24,000 nucleotides of DNA from Aestuariivirga sp. (GTDB taxonomy: Bacteria > Pseudomonadota > Alphaproteobacteria > Rhizobiales > Aestuariivirgaceae): the NCBI GenBank assembly GCA_965279345.1, contig CBDIHN010000003.1, positions 468,172 to 492,171 of the forward strand, read 5' to 3'. Below, piece after piece: positions 1 to 9,423 of the stretch; position 1 is the first letter of the stretch, and every line of letters starts with the position of its first letter. The notes below the pieces were generated by a model. It was not told the origin of the DNA. It ran no database searches and saw nothing but the letters and a program-made list of their open reading frames with translations. The position numbers and the translations under genes are program-made.

Positions 1-963
1 GCGCAGGAGAATGAGCGCCGGCAGGATAAACCCGAGGAACACCGGCAGGAAGCAGGCAAGCATGGCCAAGATTCCGCGCCAGCCCGTGAGCAGCGTGCGC
101 CGTGGCGCCATGGGATGGCGCGATCCCGGCATGTAGGATTGCTGTTTGCGTGCATGGCGCTCAACCCACAGCAATGCGAAGACGAAGATCAGAAGGACAA
201 CGGCCAATTGCGCCGCCCCACCCAGGTTTCCCTCGCCCAGCCAGGTTGTGTAGATGCCGAGAGTCAATGTGTTGACACCAAAGAAGCCGACCGCCGCGAT
301 GTCGTTTAGGCATTCCATAAGTGCGAGGCTGACGCCGACCACGATGGCCGGCCTTGCCTGCGGCAGGGCCACGGAAAGAAAGGCCCCCCATGGCGTTTTG
401 CCAAGGGTGCGCGCCACATCGAGCTGGCTCATGGGCTGGCGCAGGAAGCTCGCCTGCGCCGTCATGTAAACATAGGGGTAGAGAACCAGGGCCAGCACAA
501 GGACCGCGCCGGGAAGCGAGCGGATTTCCGGAAACATGTAGTCTTCAGGGCGGCTCCATCCCATGATGCCGCGCAGCCAGGTTTGCAGGGCGCCCGCATA
601 GTTGAGGAAATCCACATAGGTGTAGGACACAATATAGGTGGGCATGGCCAGCGGCATGAGGCAGGCCCATTGCAGGATTCGCCGCAACGGAAAGTCATGC
701 AGGCTCACCAGCCAGGCCGTGGCCGTGCCGATGACGAAGGTCAGGAATCCAACGCCCACCATCAGGCCAAGGGTGCGCCAGACATAGCCCGGCAGAACCG
801 TGCCCAGCAAATGCGGCCAGATATTTTCGCTGGAGGCGAAGGAGAGAAGAACAATTGTCAGAATGGGCAGGGCCACAAGCACCGCAATGAGGCCCGCGCC
901 GATCATAAGCCATGTCTCGGCAGGGGAAGCCCTGAACTTCGCGCGTGTGGACATCACTGCCAT
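1..963 (-). CDS. ABC transporter permease, Fe(III)/FbpB-like two-domain type (N-terminal part; C-terminus lies beyond the left edge of the window)
   Basis: Manual reverse translation from ATG (complement of 961-963) gives an uninterrupted frame to position 1. It reads MAVMSTRAKF...PILTIVLLSFASSENIWPHLLGTVLPGYVWRTLGLMVGVGF...QLDVARTLGKTPWGAFLSVALPQARPAIVVG... The protein is highly hydrophobic and carries an EAA-like permease loop (ARTLGK..W..F..V.LP..RPA). It is missing from the ORF track because no stop codon falls inside the window. The start lies 10 nt after the stop of the upstream kinase gene. Confidence 0.8.
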   Translation of the reverse strand, partial: MAVMSTRAKFRASPAETWLMIGAGLIAVLVALPILTIVLLSFASSENIWPHLLGTVLPGYVWRTLGLMVGVGFLTFVIGTATAWLVSLHDFPLRRILQWACLMPLAMPTYIVSYTYVDFLNYAGALQTWLRGIMGWSRPEDYMFPEIRSLPGAVLVLALVLYPYVYMTAQASFLRQPMSQLDVARTLGKTPWGAFLSVALPQARPAIVVGVSLALMECLNDIAAVGFFGVNTLTLGIYTTWLGEGNLGGAAQLAVVLLIFVFALLWVERHARKQQSYMPGSRHPMAPRRTLLTGWRGILAMLACFLPVFLGFILPALILLR

Positions 964-975
964 CCCGCGTGACGG

Positions 976-3369
976 CTATTCCGCGAGGACACGCGTTGTC
1001 GGGAATGTAAGCTCAATGAGTGTGCCCTTGCGGGGTTCGCTCGAAATTTCGAATTTCGTGCGGTTGGCTTCCGCCAGCGCCTTGGTGAGCGGTAATCCAA
1101 GGCCCGTGCCCTGCACCTCGCGGCCCTCGGTGACCACCCGCTTGAAAGGTTCAAGGGCATCGCGCAATTGCTCTTCATTCATTCCGATGCCCGTGTCCTT
1201 GACGCGGAGTTTGAGCTCGCCTGATTTGTTCATCTGGGCCGAGACTATAACCTGTCCTCCCGGATCGGTAAACTTGATGGCGTTCGACAGGATGTTGAGC
1301 ATGATCTGGCGCATGGAGCGCTGATCGGCAACAACATTGGGAAGATCGCCGGGCATCGCCTTGCGGATGACAACGCGGGCTCCCGTTGCCGCCTCCTGCA
1401 GCATCTTGATGGCATTGTCCGCCGTGTCGCTGAGATCAACCGCGGTGAAATTGAGCTCAAGCTGCCCGGCTTCGACTTTTGAAAGATCAAGCAAATCGTT
1501 GATCAGCGAGAGCAGCAGCCCGCCGCTGGAATGAATGTCATTCACATAGCCGCGGTACTTGTCGTTCTTGATTTCGCCAAAGCGTTCAAGCCGCATGACT
1601 TCCGAGAAGCCCATGATGGCATTGAGCGGCGTGCGCAGTTCATGGCTGATGCGGGCCAGGAATTCCGACTTCTGCTTGCTGGTGGCCTCGGCCACTTCCT
1701 TGGCCTCGCGCAATTCCGATTCCGTCCGTTTCCACTGGGTGATGTCGCGCACTACGGCGCAGAAGGCGGCGCGCGAAGAGAGCGATTGCAGCGCGCCTAT
1801 GGTCAGGAAAAGTGGAACCGATCCGCCCTGCTTCACAATGGCATTCACCTCGCGCCCGTCGTTGAACACGCTGGCCAGCCCCGGACCCTGCAAGGCTGAG
1901 AGATAGTCACGCAGCACTTTCCGGCTGTCGGGCGCCAGCAAGTCGCCAAACGGCTTGTCCGCCACCTCAGCAATGCGGTAACCAAAAATGGCTTCGGCCC
2001 CGGCGCTGAAGGTGTGGATCTTGCCGTCGCGGTCAAGCGTGATGATCCCGTCCGTTGCCGTATCGAGAATGGCCCGCAGTTCTTCATCGGCCACCGGTTG
2101 GGTGTTTTGACGGCTCTCCTGCGGATGGACGATCTCTTTGGCGGCAGGAGCCGCCTGCGACTCCACAGGCGCTGCAATGACCGGCGGTGGCGGCGCTTTC
2201 ACTTCGCTAGGTTTGGCGACAGGCGCCGCAACCGGCTTCAAAATAAACTGGCGGGCCGGGCCGCTCTGCCACGCAACCTCGGACATTTGCGCCGCGAAAC
2301 TGACACTCACGCCGCTTTCAAGCGCTAGTGTGGCCGACGGAACCGATTGGCCAAGCGTCGAAAAATATGCCCACACCGCATCATCATTGATCAGGTCATC
2401 AACCGACCCATAACCGAAAGTCTCAAGCGCCTTCGGATTGGCGTGCAGCACCTGCTCACCCTTGCTGATCAAAACCGCATGGGCAAGACTGTCGATGGCG
2501 GTGGTGACGGGGCGCGGGATAACCGCTGGTTTGCGCCGCGGTTTTTGCAGCACCGGCTTTTGCTCGGCAGCGGACTCGTTAAGCGCTTTGCCAAGCTGGT
2601 GAAACGCTTCCGCCTCGGCGGGGGCGAGTTGCGGCCTTGTATCTTGCGGGCGGTTTGAAATGGTCCGCTCCAGGGCGCGCCGTTCGGTGATGTCATCGAG
2701 AAGCACCATGGCAAAAGCCACCGGGTCCGCCGCCGTGTCCAGCTTTTGCAGGGTGAGCCTGATGTCACGCTGGCCGATTTTGGTGCGCAGGCGCCGGACA
2801 TCGCTGACCGTTCCGGTCGAGGCCAGCCGCGTCAGCAAATCATCGGCAAGCGATGAATCCTCTATAAGGGCGCCGAGGCTGGCGCGCTGGTCCGCCCCCA
2901 GAAGCAGCCGTGCTGCCGCATTCAACCGGTGCAGCGAGCCCTCCCGCCCCATGAACGCCGCCGCCTCAGGCAAGAGGTCAAAGGCCAGCGCCAGTTTTTC
3001 CGTTGGAATCTCGCTTGCCGCATCGCTGGGGCTTGCGGCGATGACCAGAAGCCCGGCCCGCCCATCGGCCAGGGCATGAATGGTGCAGCGGCAGGGCAGC
3101 GGCACCGTTCGGCCTGACGACGGGAAGTGGAGCAGGGCGGATTCAACCTGGCCCCGGCTCAGTTTTTTGGAAAGTGACGTGATTTGTTCAACCCCCGGCT
3201 CGGCCAGGTCAAAAGGGCGGTCGATCAGGTCAAAAAGCGATTCGCCGTTGAAAAAGGCAACTCCCGCCGGGTTCGCCCATACGATGCGCCCCCGCGCCCC
3301 GTCCCACAGCCAGGCGGGGCTGGCAAGGGTGCGCAAATCTTCAAGGGTTGGCGCCTCTAATCTGGTCAA
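976..3369 (-). CDS. Cytoplasmic multi-PAS sensor histidine kinase (HisKA + HATPase_c), PdhS/DivJ/PleC-like
   Basis: 797-aa ORF. H-box FLARISHELRTPLNAIMGFSE; N box LNILSNAIKFT; G boxes VKDTGIGM and GTGLGLPL. There are several PAS-like segments (e.g. ILDTATDGIITLDRDGKIHTFSAGAEAIFGY...VVRDITQWKRTE) and a proline-rich linker. No obvious TM helices. The motif RFGEI..DKYRGYVNDIHSSGGLLLSLINDLLDLSKVEAG is typical of alphaproteobacterial cell-cycle kinases. The start is a TTG without a clear SD, so the N-terminus is uncertain. Confidence 0.85.
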   Translation of the reverse strand: MTRLEAPTLEDLRTLASPAWLWDGARGRIVWANPAGVAFFNGESLFDLIDRPFDLAEPGVEQITSLSKKLSRGQVESALLHFPSSGRTVPLPCRCTIHALADGRAGLLVIAASPSDAASEIPTEKLALAFDLLPEAAAFMGREGSLHRLNAAARLLLGADQRASLGALIEDSSLADDLLTRLASTGTVSDVRRLRTKIGQRDIRLTLQKLDTAADPVAFAMVLLDDITERRALERTISNRPQDTRPQLAPAEAEAFHQLGKALNESAAEQKPVLQKPRRKPAVIPRPVTTAIDSLAHAVLISKGEQVLHANPKALETFGYGSVDDLINDDAVWAYFSTLGQSVPSATLALESGVSVSFAAQMSEVAWQSGPARQFILKPVAAPVAKPSEVKAPPPPVIAAPVESQAAPAAKEIVHPQESRQNTQPVADEELRAILDTATDGIITLDRDGKIHTFSAGAEAIFGYRIAEVADKPFGDLLAPDSRKVLRDYLSALQGPGLASVFNDGREVNAIVKQGGSVPLFLTIGALQSLSSRAAFCAVVRDITQWKRTESELREAKEVAEATSKQKSEFLARISHELRTPLNAIMGFSEVMRLERFGEIKNDKYRGYVNDIHSSGGLLLSLINDLLDLSKVEAGQLELNFTAVDLSDTADNAIKMLQEAATGARVVIRKAMPGDLPNVVADQRSMRQIMLNILSNAIKFTDPGGQVIVSAQMNKSGELKLRVKDTGIGMNEEQLRDALEPFKRVVTEGREVQGTGLGLPLTKALAEANRTKFEISSEPRKGTLIELTFPTTRVLAE

Positions 3370-3486
3370 TATACCCGCAGCCGGGGTTTACCCGGCCGAT
3401 CCCCACGCAATTACGAACATTTGAGCCGGCCATTTGCACGTGGCCCACCCCTAGGCAAACTAAATCAATTTTTTAAGATTGCGTCC

Positions 3487-3538
3487 ACCTTTGGTTAACC
3501 AAAGGTCATAAAAATGTACAACTGGTTAACGTAAGGTC
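3487..3538. repeat. Perfect 20-bp palindrome ACCTTTGGTTAACCAAAGGT (3487-3506), plus a 16-nt direct repeat TGGTTAACnnAAGGTC (3492-3507 and 3523-3538) offset by 31 bp
   Basis: Read directly from the sequence. It lies in the 281-bp divergent intergenic region between the PAS kinase and phaP. The binding factor is unknown. Confidence 0.5.
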
Positions 3539-3553
3539 TCAATTCCGCACAAA

Positions 3554-3589
3554 ATGCTGCGATGCGAGATTTATGTTGCAATGCAGCAT
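3554..3589. promoter_or_regulatory. Candidate PhaR/AniA operator pair upstream of phaP (TGC-rich inverted boxes)
   Basis: ATGCTGCGATGCGAG (3554-3568) and GTTGCAATGCAGCAT (3575-3589; reverse complement ATGCTGCATTGCAAC). ATGCTGC and GCAGCAT form a 7-bp inverted repeat. The site ends 62 bp upstream of the phaP ATG. A near-identical box lies upstream of phaZ at 17585-17599. Confidence 0.5.
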
Positions 3590-3650
3590 TTTTGTTCTTA
3601 TATGTGATTCAAGCGACAGATCGCGCCGTTAATCTAATTGGAGATGATCC

Positions 3651-4109
3651 ATGAATAAGAAATCAAAATTTGAAGCCAGTTCCGAAATGCCAACCGAGGC
3701 TCTTGAAATGCCAAAGGAAGCTCTCGAATTCGCCCAGAAGTCCGTGGACCAGGCCCAGGTAGCCTTTGAGAAGGTGAAGGACGTGGCCCAAGACAATGCC
3801 CAGGTTTTTGAAGCCGTGGCTTCCGCCTACAAGTCAGGCGTTGTCGATTTCCAGAAGAAGGCCATGGAATTCACTCAGAAGAACATGGAAGAGGCCTTTG
3901 CCTTCAGCCGCAAGCTGTTTTCGACCAAGGAATTCGGCGAAGTCGTGTCCCTCCAGCAGAGCTTCGTCAAGGACCAGGCTGAAGCCTTCAAGGCCCAGGC
4001 CGGCGAATTGAATGAAATTGCCGTGCGCCTGACCACTGAGACGGTCCAGCCGCTCAAGAGCGGCTTTGAAAAATCCGTCAAGGACTTCAGCAAGTCCTTT
4101 GCCGCTTAA
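3651..4109 (+). CDS. phaP: Phasin (PHA granule-associated protein, Phasin_2-like)
   Basis: 152 aa, all-helical, low complexity and rich in A/E/K/Q/F. Segments such as EFAQKSVDQAQVAFEKVKDVAQDNAQVFEAV..YKSGVVDFQKKAMEFTQKNMEEAFAFSRKLFSTKEFGEVVSLQQSFVKDQ are typical of alphaproteobacterial phasins. SD GGAGATGA lies upstream of the ATG and a strong terminator lies downstream. Confidence 0.85.
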   Translation: MNKKSKFEASSEMPTEALEMPKEALEFAQKSVDQAQVAFEKVKDVAQDNAQVFEAVASAYKSGVVDFQKKAMEFTQKNMEEAFAFSRKLFSTKEFGEVVSLQQSFVKDQAEAFKAQAGELNEIAVRLTTETVQPLKSGFEKSVKDFSKSFAA

Positions 4110-4132
4110 GCCAGTTTAACCTTTTGACTGAA

Positions 4133-4162
4133 GGCCCGCGATTGTCGCGGGCCTTTTTGTTT
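4133..4162 (+). terminator. Rho-independent terminator of phaP
   Basis: GGCCCGCGA-ttg-TCGCGGGCC forms a perfect 9-bp GC-rich stem, followed by TTTTTGTTT. Confidence 0.8.
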
Positions 4163-4210
4163 GCTTGAATTTGCAGGCGCACCTCGCTAGTTTGCGCCGC
4201 ACTTGAAGAT

Positions 4211-4287
4211 GCAGCTGTAGCTCAGTTGGTTAGAGCGCCGGATTGTGGATCCGGAGGTCGGAGGTTCGAGACCCCCCAGCTGTACCA
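4211..4287 (+). tRNA. tRNA-His (anticodon GTG), alphaproteobacterial type without encoded G-1
   Basis: Manual cloverleaf. Acceptor GCAGCTG/CAGCTGT (G1-U72). D arm GCTC-AGTTGGTTA-GAGC. Anticodon arm CCGGA-TTGTGGA-TCCGG with GTG at 4245-4247. Variable loop AGGTC. T arm GGAGG-TTCGAGA-CCCCC with one A-C mismatch. Discriminator A73 and encoded CCA. Position -1 (4210) is T. Confidence 0.93.
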
Positions 4288-4759
4288 CTTTTTTGCCTGA
4301 TTGGCCGCCCGCAAAGATTGGGGCTATGTGCCAGATGGAATTCACCCCGCTGCTTTTAAATCCAATAAAACAAGCCCTTTTAGGGGGCGTCCCGTTGACC
4401 ATTAATGTTCCCGTATGGAAGGGGTATTTGATTTGGGAATAACACATGATTGACGGGATTTTTTTTGGTACTGAGGGATATGGGTGAATGCCGAACTGCA
4501 GGTGCGTTCTCGCGTAAATATCTGGGCATGGAATCTAACTATTTCCGTGGGCTTAAATGGCGCGGCCAGCAGGCGAGCTGGATGCAGAAATTAGCATAAT
4601 TGCAAACGAGCGAGTGCCAAAGAAGAAATTGAAGGCAGCTCAAGTTTGCGATTAGAGGCACATCCAAACGGGGGGTGCCTTTCCTTCTGAGCAGACATTT
4701 TGTGGATTGGAAACGGCTTCGGCATTTCATCCAGGGCGAACAGTTCGGCGCACCTTATC

Positions 4760-4777
4760 TTTATGAAATCCTTATGA
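4760..4777 (+). promoter_or_regulatory. Candidate KdpE (OmpR-family) binding site: direct repeat TTTATGA-N4-CTTATGA with 11-bp periodicity
   Basis: TTTATGA at 4760-4766 and CTTATGA at 4771-4777, ~80-95 bp upstream of the first small ORF of the kdp cluster. It resembles the E. coli kdpFABC operator half-sites TTTATA/TTTACA, which are also spaced 11 bp as I recall them. A third CTTATG lies at 4804-4809. Confidence 0.4.
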
Positions 4778-4855
4778 CTGGATTCAACAATCCACATCGC
4801 AAACTTATGCCGGCATGGGCATTCTGCGGCGTGAAATTTCCAATTGGAGTGAGCC

Positions 4856-4939
4856 ATGCTTGACGTCATCTACCTGGCACTTGGTACGGGCCTGTTTTTC
4901 GGCGCCGCCGCCTATGTGCGCTTCTGCGAACGGCTGTGA
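4856..4939 (+). CDS. Hypothetical 27-aa hydrophobic micropeptide upstream of kdpF
   Basis: ATG at 4856 preceded by GGAGTGAGCC (SD GGAG, ~7 nt spacing). Product MLDVIYLALGTGLFFGAAAYVRFCERL has one predicted TM helix and a basic C-terminus. Its stop lies 7 nt before the kdpF ATG. Not listed in the ORF track because it is too short. Confidence 0.4.
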   Translation: MLDVIYLALGTGLFFGAAAYVRFCERL

Positions 4940-4946
4940 GGCGGTC

Positions 4947-5033
4947 ATGGCAGAAGCATTCATTGGCCTGATCGTGGCTTTGGGGCTTGGCGCCTATCTG
5001 GTCCACGCCTTGCTGCACCCCGAAAAATACTGA
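4947..5033 (+). CDS. kdpF: K+-transporting ATPase subunit F
   Basis: 28 aa, MAEAFIGLIVALGLGAYLVHALLHPEKY. Size, single TM helix and the YLVxALLxPE+aromatic C-terminus are typical of KdpF. GAGG lies 5 nt upstream of the ATG, and the gene sits immediately 5' of kdpA. The 72-aa track ORF 4815..5033 is an over-extension of this frame. Confidence 0.8.
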   Translation: MAEAFIGLIVALGLGAYLVHALLHPEKY

Positions 5034-5057
5034 CATCTCAATTATAAAGGTGACACC

Positions 5058-6764
5058 ATGACCCTTCCTGGCTGGTTTCAAATTCTCCTTGTTCTGGCCC
5101 TTGTGACAGGTTCCGCCTGGCTGCTGGGCAGCTTCATGGCGGCGGTCTTCACGGGCAAGCGCACCTGGCTTAGTCCCGTGCTGGCGCCCGTTGAAGGGGC
5201 CATCAGCCGGCTCACAGGCACTTCGCCCAAGGAACAGTCCTGGCAATCCTACGCCCTGGCCATGCTGGCTTTCAATGCGGTGGGCTTCATCACGCTCTAT
5301 GGCCTGCAGCGTCTGCAAGGAATTTTGCCACTGAACCCGCAAGGCTTTGCCGGGGTTCCCGAAGCCCTGTCGTTCAATACGGCCATGAGTTTTGTCACCA
5401 ACACCAACTGGCAATCCTATGGCGGTGAAACCACCATGGGCCATCTCGTGCAGATGGCGGGGCTCACCGTTCATAACTTTGTCTCGGCGGCAACCGGCAT
5501 TGCCCTTGGGGTGGCGTTCACGCGTGCCTTCGCCCGCAGCTCGACGGCAACCCTTGGCAATTTCTGGGACGACCTCGTCAAGGCCACACTCTATGTGCTG
5601 CTGCCGCTCGCCATCGTGGTGGCCATTGCCTTCATGCTGCTTGGCATGCCGCAAACGCTTCTGGGCGCGGTTGATGCAACAACGCTGGAAGGCGTCAAGC
5701 AAACCATCGCAATGGGGCCGATCGCCAGCCAGGAAGCCATCAAGCAGCTCGGCACCAATGGCGGCGGCTTCCTCAATGCCAATGCCGCCCACCCCTTTGA
5801 AAATCCATCGGCCTGGTCGAATTATCTTTCGATCTTCGCCATGCTGGTTGTGTCCGCCGCCATGCCCTTCATGTTCGGGCGCATGGTGGGCGATCAGCGC
5901 CAGGGCCGCGCCCTGTTCATCACCATGTTCCTCTTCATCATCGTGGGAACCGGCATCGTCTATTGGGCCGAAGCATCGGGCAACCCGATCATTCAGGCCC
6001 TTGGCATCGATCCCGGCCAAGGCAATATGGAAGGCAAGGAAATGCGCTTTGGCCTCGCCATGACCGCCCTCTTTGTTGTTGCCACCACCGGGCTTTCCTG
6101 CGGTGCGGTGAATGCCATGCATTCCTCACTCACCCCCTTGGGCGGGCTCATCCCCCTGTTCTTCATCCAACTCGGTGAAGTTTTGCCCGGCGGTGTCGGT
6201 TCCGGCCTCTATGGCATCCTTGTCATCGCCATTGTCACGGTCTTCATCGCCGGCCTCATGGTTGGGCGCACCCCTGATTATCTCGGCAAGAAGATCGAGG
6301 CCAGGGAAATGAAACTCGCCATGCTGGCGCTGCTGGTGCTGCCCTTTGCCATCCTCGGCTTCACCGCTGTTTCAGCCATGATCCCGGTCGGCCTGTCGAG
6401 CCTTGCCAATGCCGGTCCCCATGGCCTGAGCGAAATCCTCTATGCCTATTCATCGGCCGCCGGCAACAACGGCTCTGCCTTCGCCGGGCTCAACGCCAAC
6501 ACCACCTGGTACAACACCACGCTTGGCATCACGATGTTTCTCGGGCGCTTTGCATACATCGTGCCGATGCTGGCCATTGCCGGTTCCCTTGCGGCCAAGA
6601 CCAAAATTCCTGCCTCGGCCGGCAGCTTCCCCACCCATGGGACGATGTTCGTGGCCCTTTTGGCAGGCGTGATCCTGATCCTTGGCGGCCTGCAATATTT
6701 CCCGTCGCTGGCGCTTACCCCCATCGTTGAGAAGTTCCTGATGCTCGCCGGCACGACATTCTGA
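5058..6764 (+). CDS. kdpA: K+-transporting ATPase subunit A (potassium-binding and translocating subunit)
   Basis: 568-aa polytopic membrane protein. Contains [10 protein letters not shown] and GTNGGGF selectivity-filter-like motifs characteristic of KdpA. Position in the kdpFABC order fits. Confidence 0.97.
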   Translation: MTLPGWFQILLVLALVTGSAWLLGSFMAAVFTGKRTWLSPVLAPVEGAISRLTGTSPKEQSWQSYALAMLAFNAVGFITLYGLQRLQGILPLNPQGFAGVPEALSFNTAMSFVTNTNWQSYGGETTMGHLVQMAGLTVHNFVSAATGIALGVAFTRAFARSSTATLGNFWDDLVKATLYVLLPLAIVVAIAFMLLGMPQTLLGAVDATTLEGVKQTIAMGPIASQEAIKQLGTNGGGFLNANAAHPFENPSAWSNYLSIFAMLVVSAAMPFMFGRMVGDQRQGRALFITMFLFIIVGTGIVYWAEASGNPIIQALGIDPGQGNMEGKEMRFGLAMTALFVVATTGLSCGAVNAMHSSLTPLGGLIPLFFIQLGEVLPGGVGSGLYGILVIAIVTVFIAGLMVGRTPDYLGKKIEAREMKLAMLALLVLPFAILGFTAVSAMIPVGLSSLANAGPHGLSEILYAYSSAAGNNGSAFAGLNANTTWYNTTLGITMFLGRFAYIVPMLAIAGSLAAKTKIPASAGSFPTHGTMFVALLAGVILILGGLQYFPSLALTPIVEKFLMLAGTTF

Positions 6765-6778
6765 TCGGAGTTGTTCCC

Positions 6779-8833
<2,055 letters not shown>

Positions 8834-8844
8834 GGAGAAAACCC

Positions 8845-9423
8845 ATGCTTGCTCATCTTCGCCCCGCCATTCTGATGCTCGCCATCCTGACACTCCTGAC
8901 CGGCGTTGCCTATCCCTTCGCCATGACGGGCTTGGGCCAACTGCTCGTGCCGGGTGCCGCCAATGGCAGCCTCGCAGTTAAGGATAACACGGTCATAGGC
9001 TCGACCCTGATTGGCCAGGCCTGGACGTCCGACAAATATTTCTGGGGCAGGCCGTCTGCTGCCGGTGATGGCTACAATGCCGCCGCATCGTCGGGTTCGA
9101 ACCTGGGGCCGACCTCGCAGAAGCTCATGGACCGGATCGAGGCCGACGCCGATAGATTGCGCGGACCCGCATCAACGGCAGTGTTGCCGGCCGATGCCGT
9201 GACCGCCTCCGGCAGCGGGCTTGATCCCGACATTTCACCGGAATTCGCGCAGCTTCAGGTGGCCCGTGTGGCTAAGGCGCGTGGGCTTGGCGAAGATCAG
9301 GTGAAGGCGCTCGTCGATGCCCATGTCAATTGGCCTGTGGCGGGCCTGTTCGGCGAACCCCGCGTCAATGTTTTGCTACTCAATATAGCGCTCGATGGGT
9401 TAAGCTCGACGCCCAATGGCTGA
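8845..9423 (+). CDS. kdpC: K+-transporting ATPase subunit C
   Basis: 192 aa with an N-terminal TM helix. Motifs GS(S)LIGQ, SGSNLGPT and SGSGLDP.ISP are characteristic of KdpC. The gene overlaps the kdpD start by 8 nt (ATGGCTGA). Confidence 0.95.
   Translation: MLAHLRPAILMLAILTLLTGVAYPFAMTGLGQLLVPGAANGSLAVKDNTVIGSTLIGQAWTSDKYFWGRPSAAGDGYNAAASSGSNLGPTSQKLMDRIEADADRLRGPASTAVLPADAVTASGSGLDPDISPEFAQLQVARVAKARGLGEDQVKALVDAHVNWPVAGLFGEPRVNVLLLNIALDGLSSTPNG

Noticed and set aside
3421-3450. Possible sigma-54 (-24/-12) promoter around GGCCATTTGCA
   Set aside because: The spacing between GG and GC is 8 rather than the required ~12 nt register (TGGCAC-N5-TTGC), so it is not a match.
4301-4320. Shared octamer CCGCAAAG shortly after both the tRNA (4308-4315) and the tRNA fragment (12953-12960), as possible extended repeat homology
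   Set aside because: Only 8 nt match, at different distances from the repeat ends, with no flanking similarity. This is consistent with chance.
4187-4447. 86-aa (-) and 65-aa (+) ORFs overlapping tRNA-His
   Set aside because: They overlap a canonical tRNA gene. The translations have no recognisable features.
4815-5033. 72-aa plus-strand ORF as an extended kdpF
   Set aside because: KdpF proteins are ~26-30 aa. The internal ATG at 4947 has its own SD, and the N-terminal 44 aa are non-hydrophobic and overlap the better-supported 27-aa ORF in another frame.
4866-6122. 418-aa ORF on the minus strand, antisense to kdpF/kdpA
   Set aside because: It fully overlaps the confidently identified kdpA. 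The translation is low-complexity and rich in G/H/R/A, as expected for the antisense frame of a high-GC gene. No recognisable motifs.
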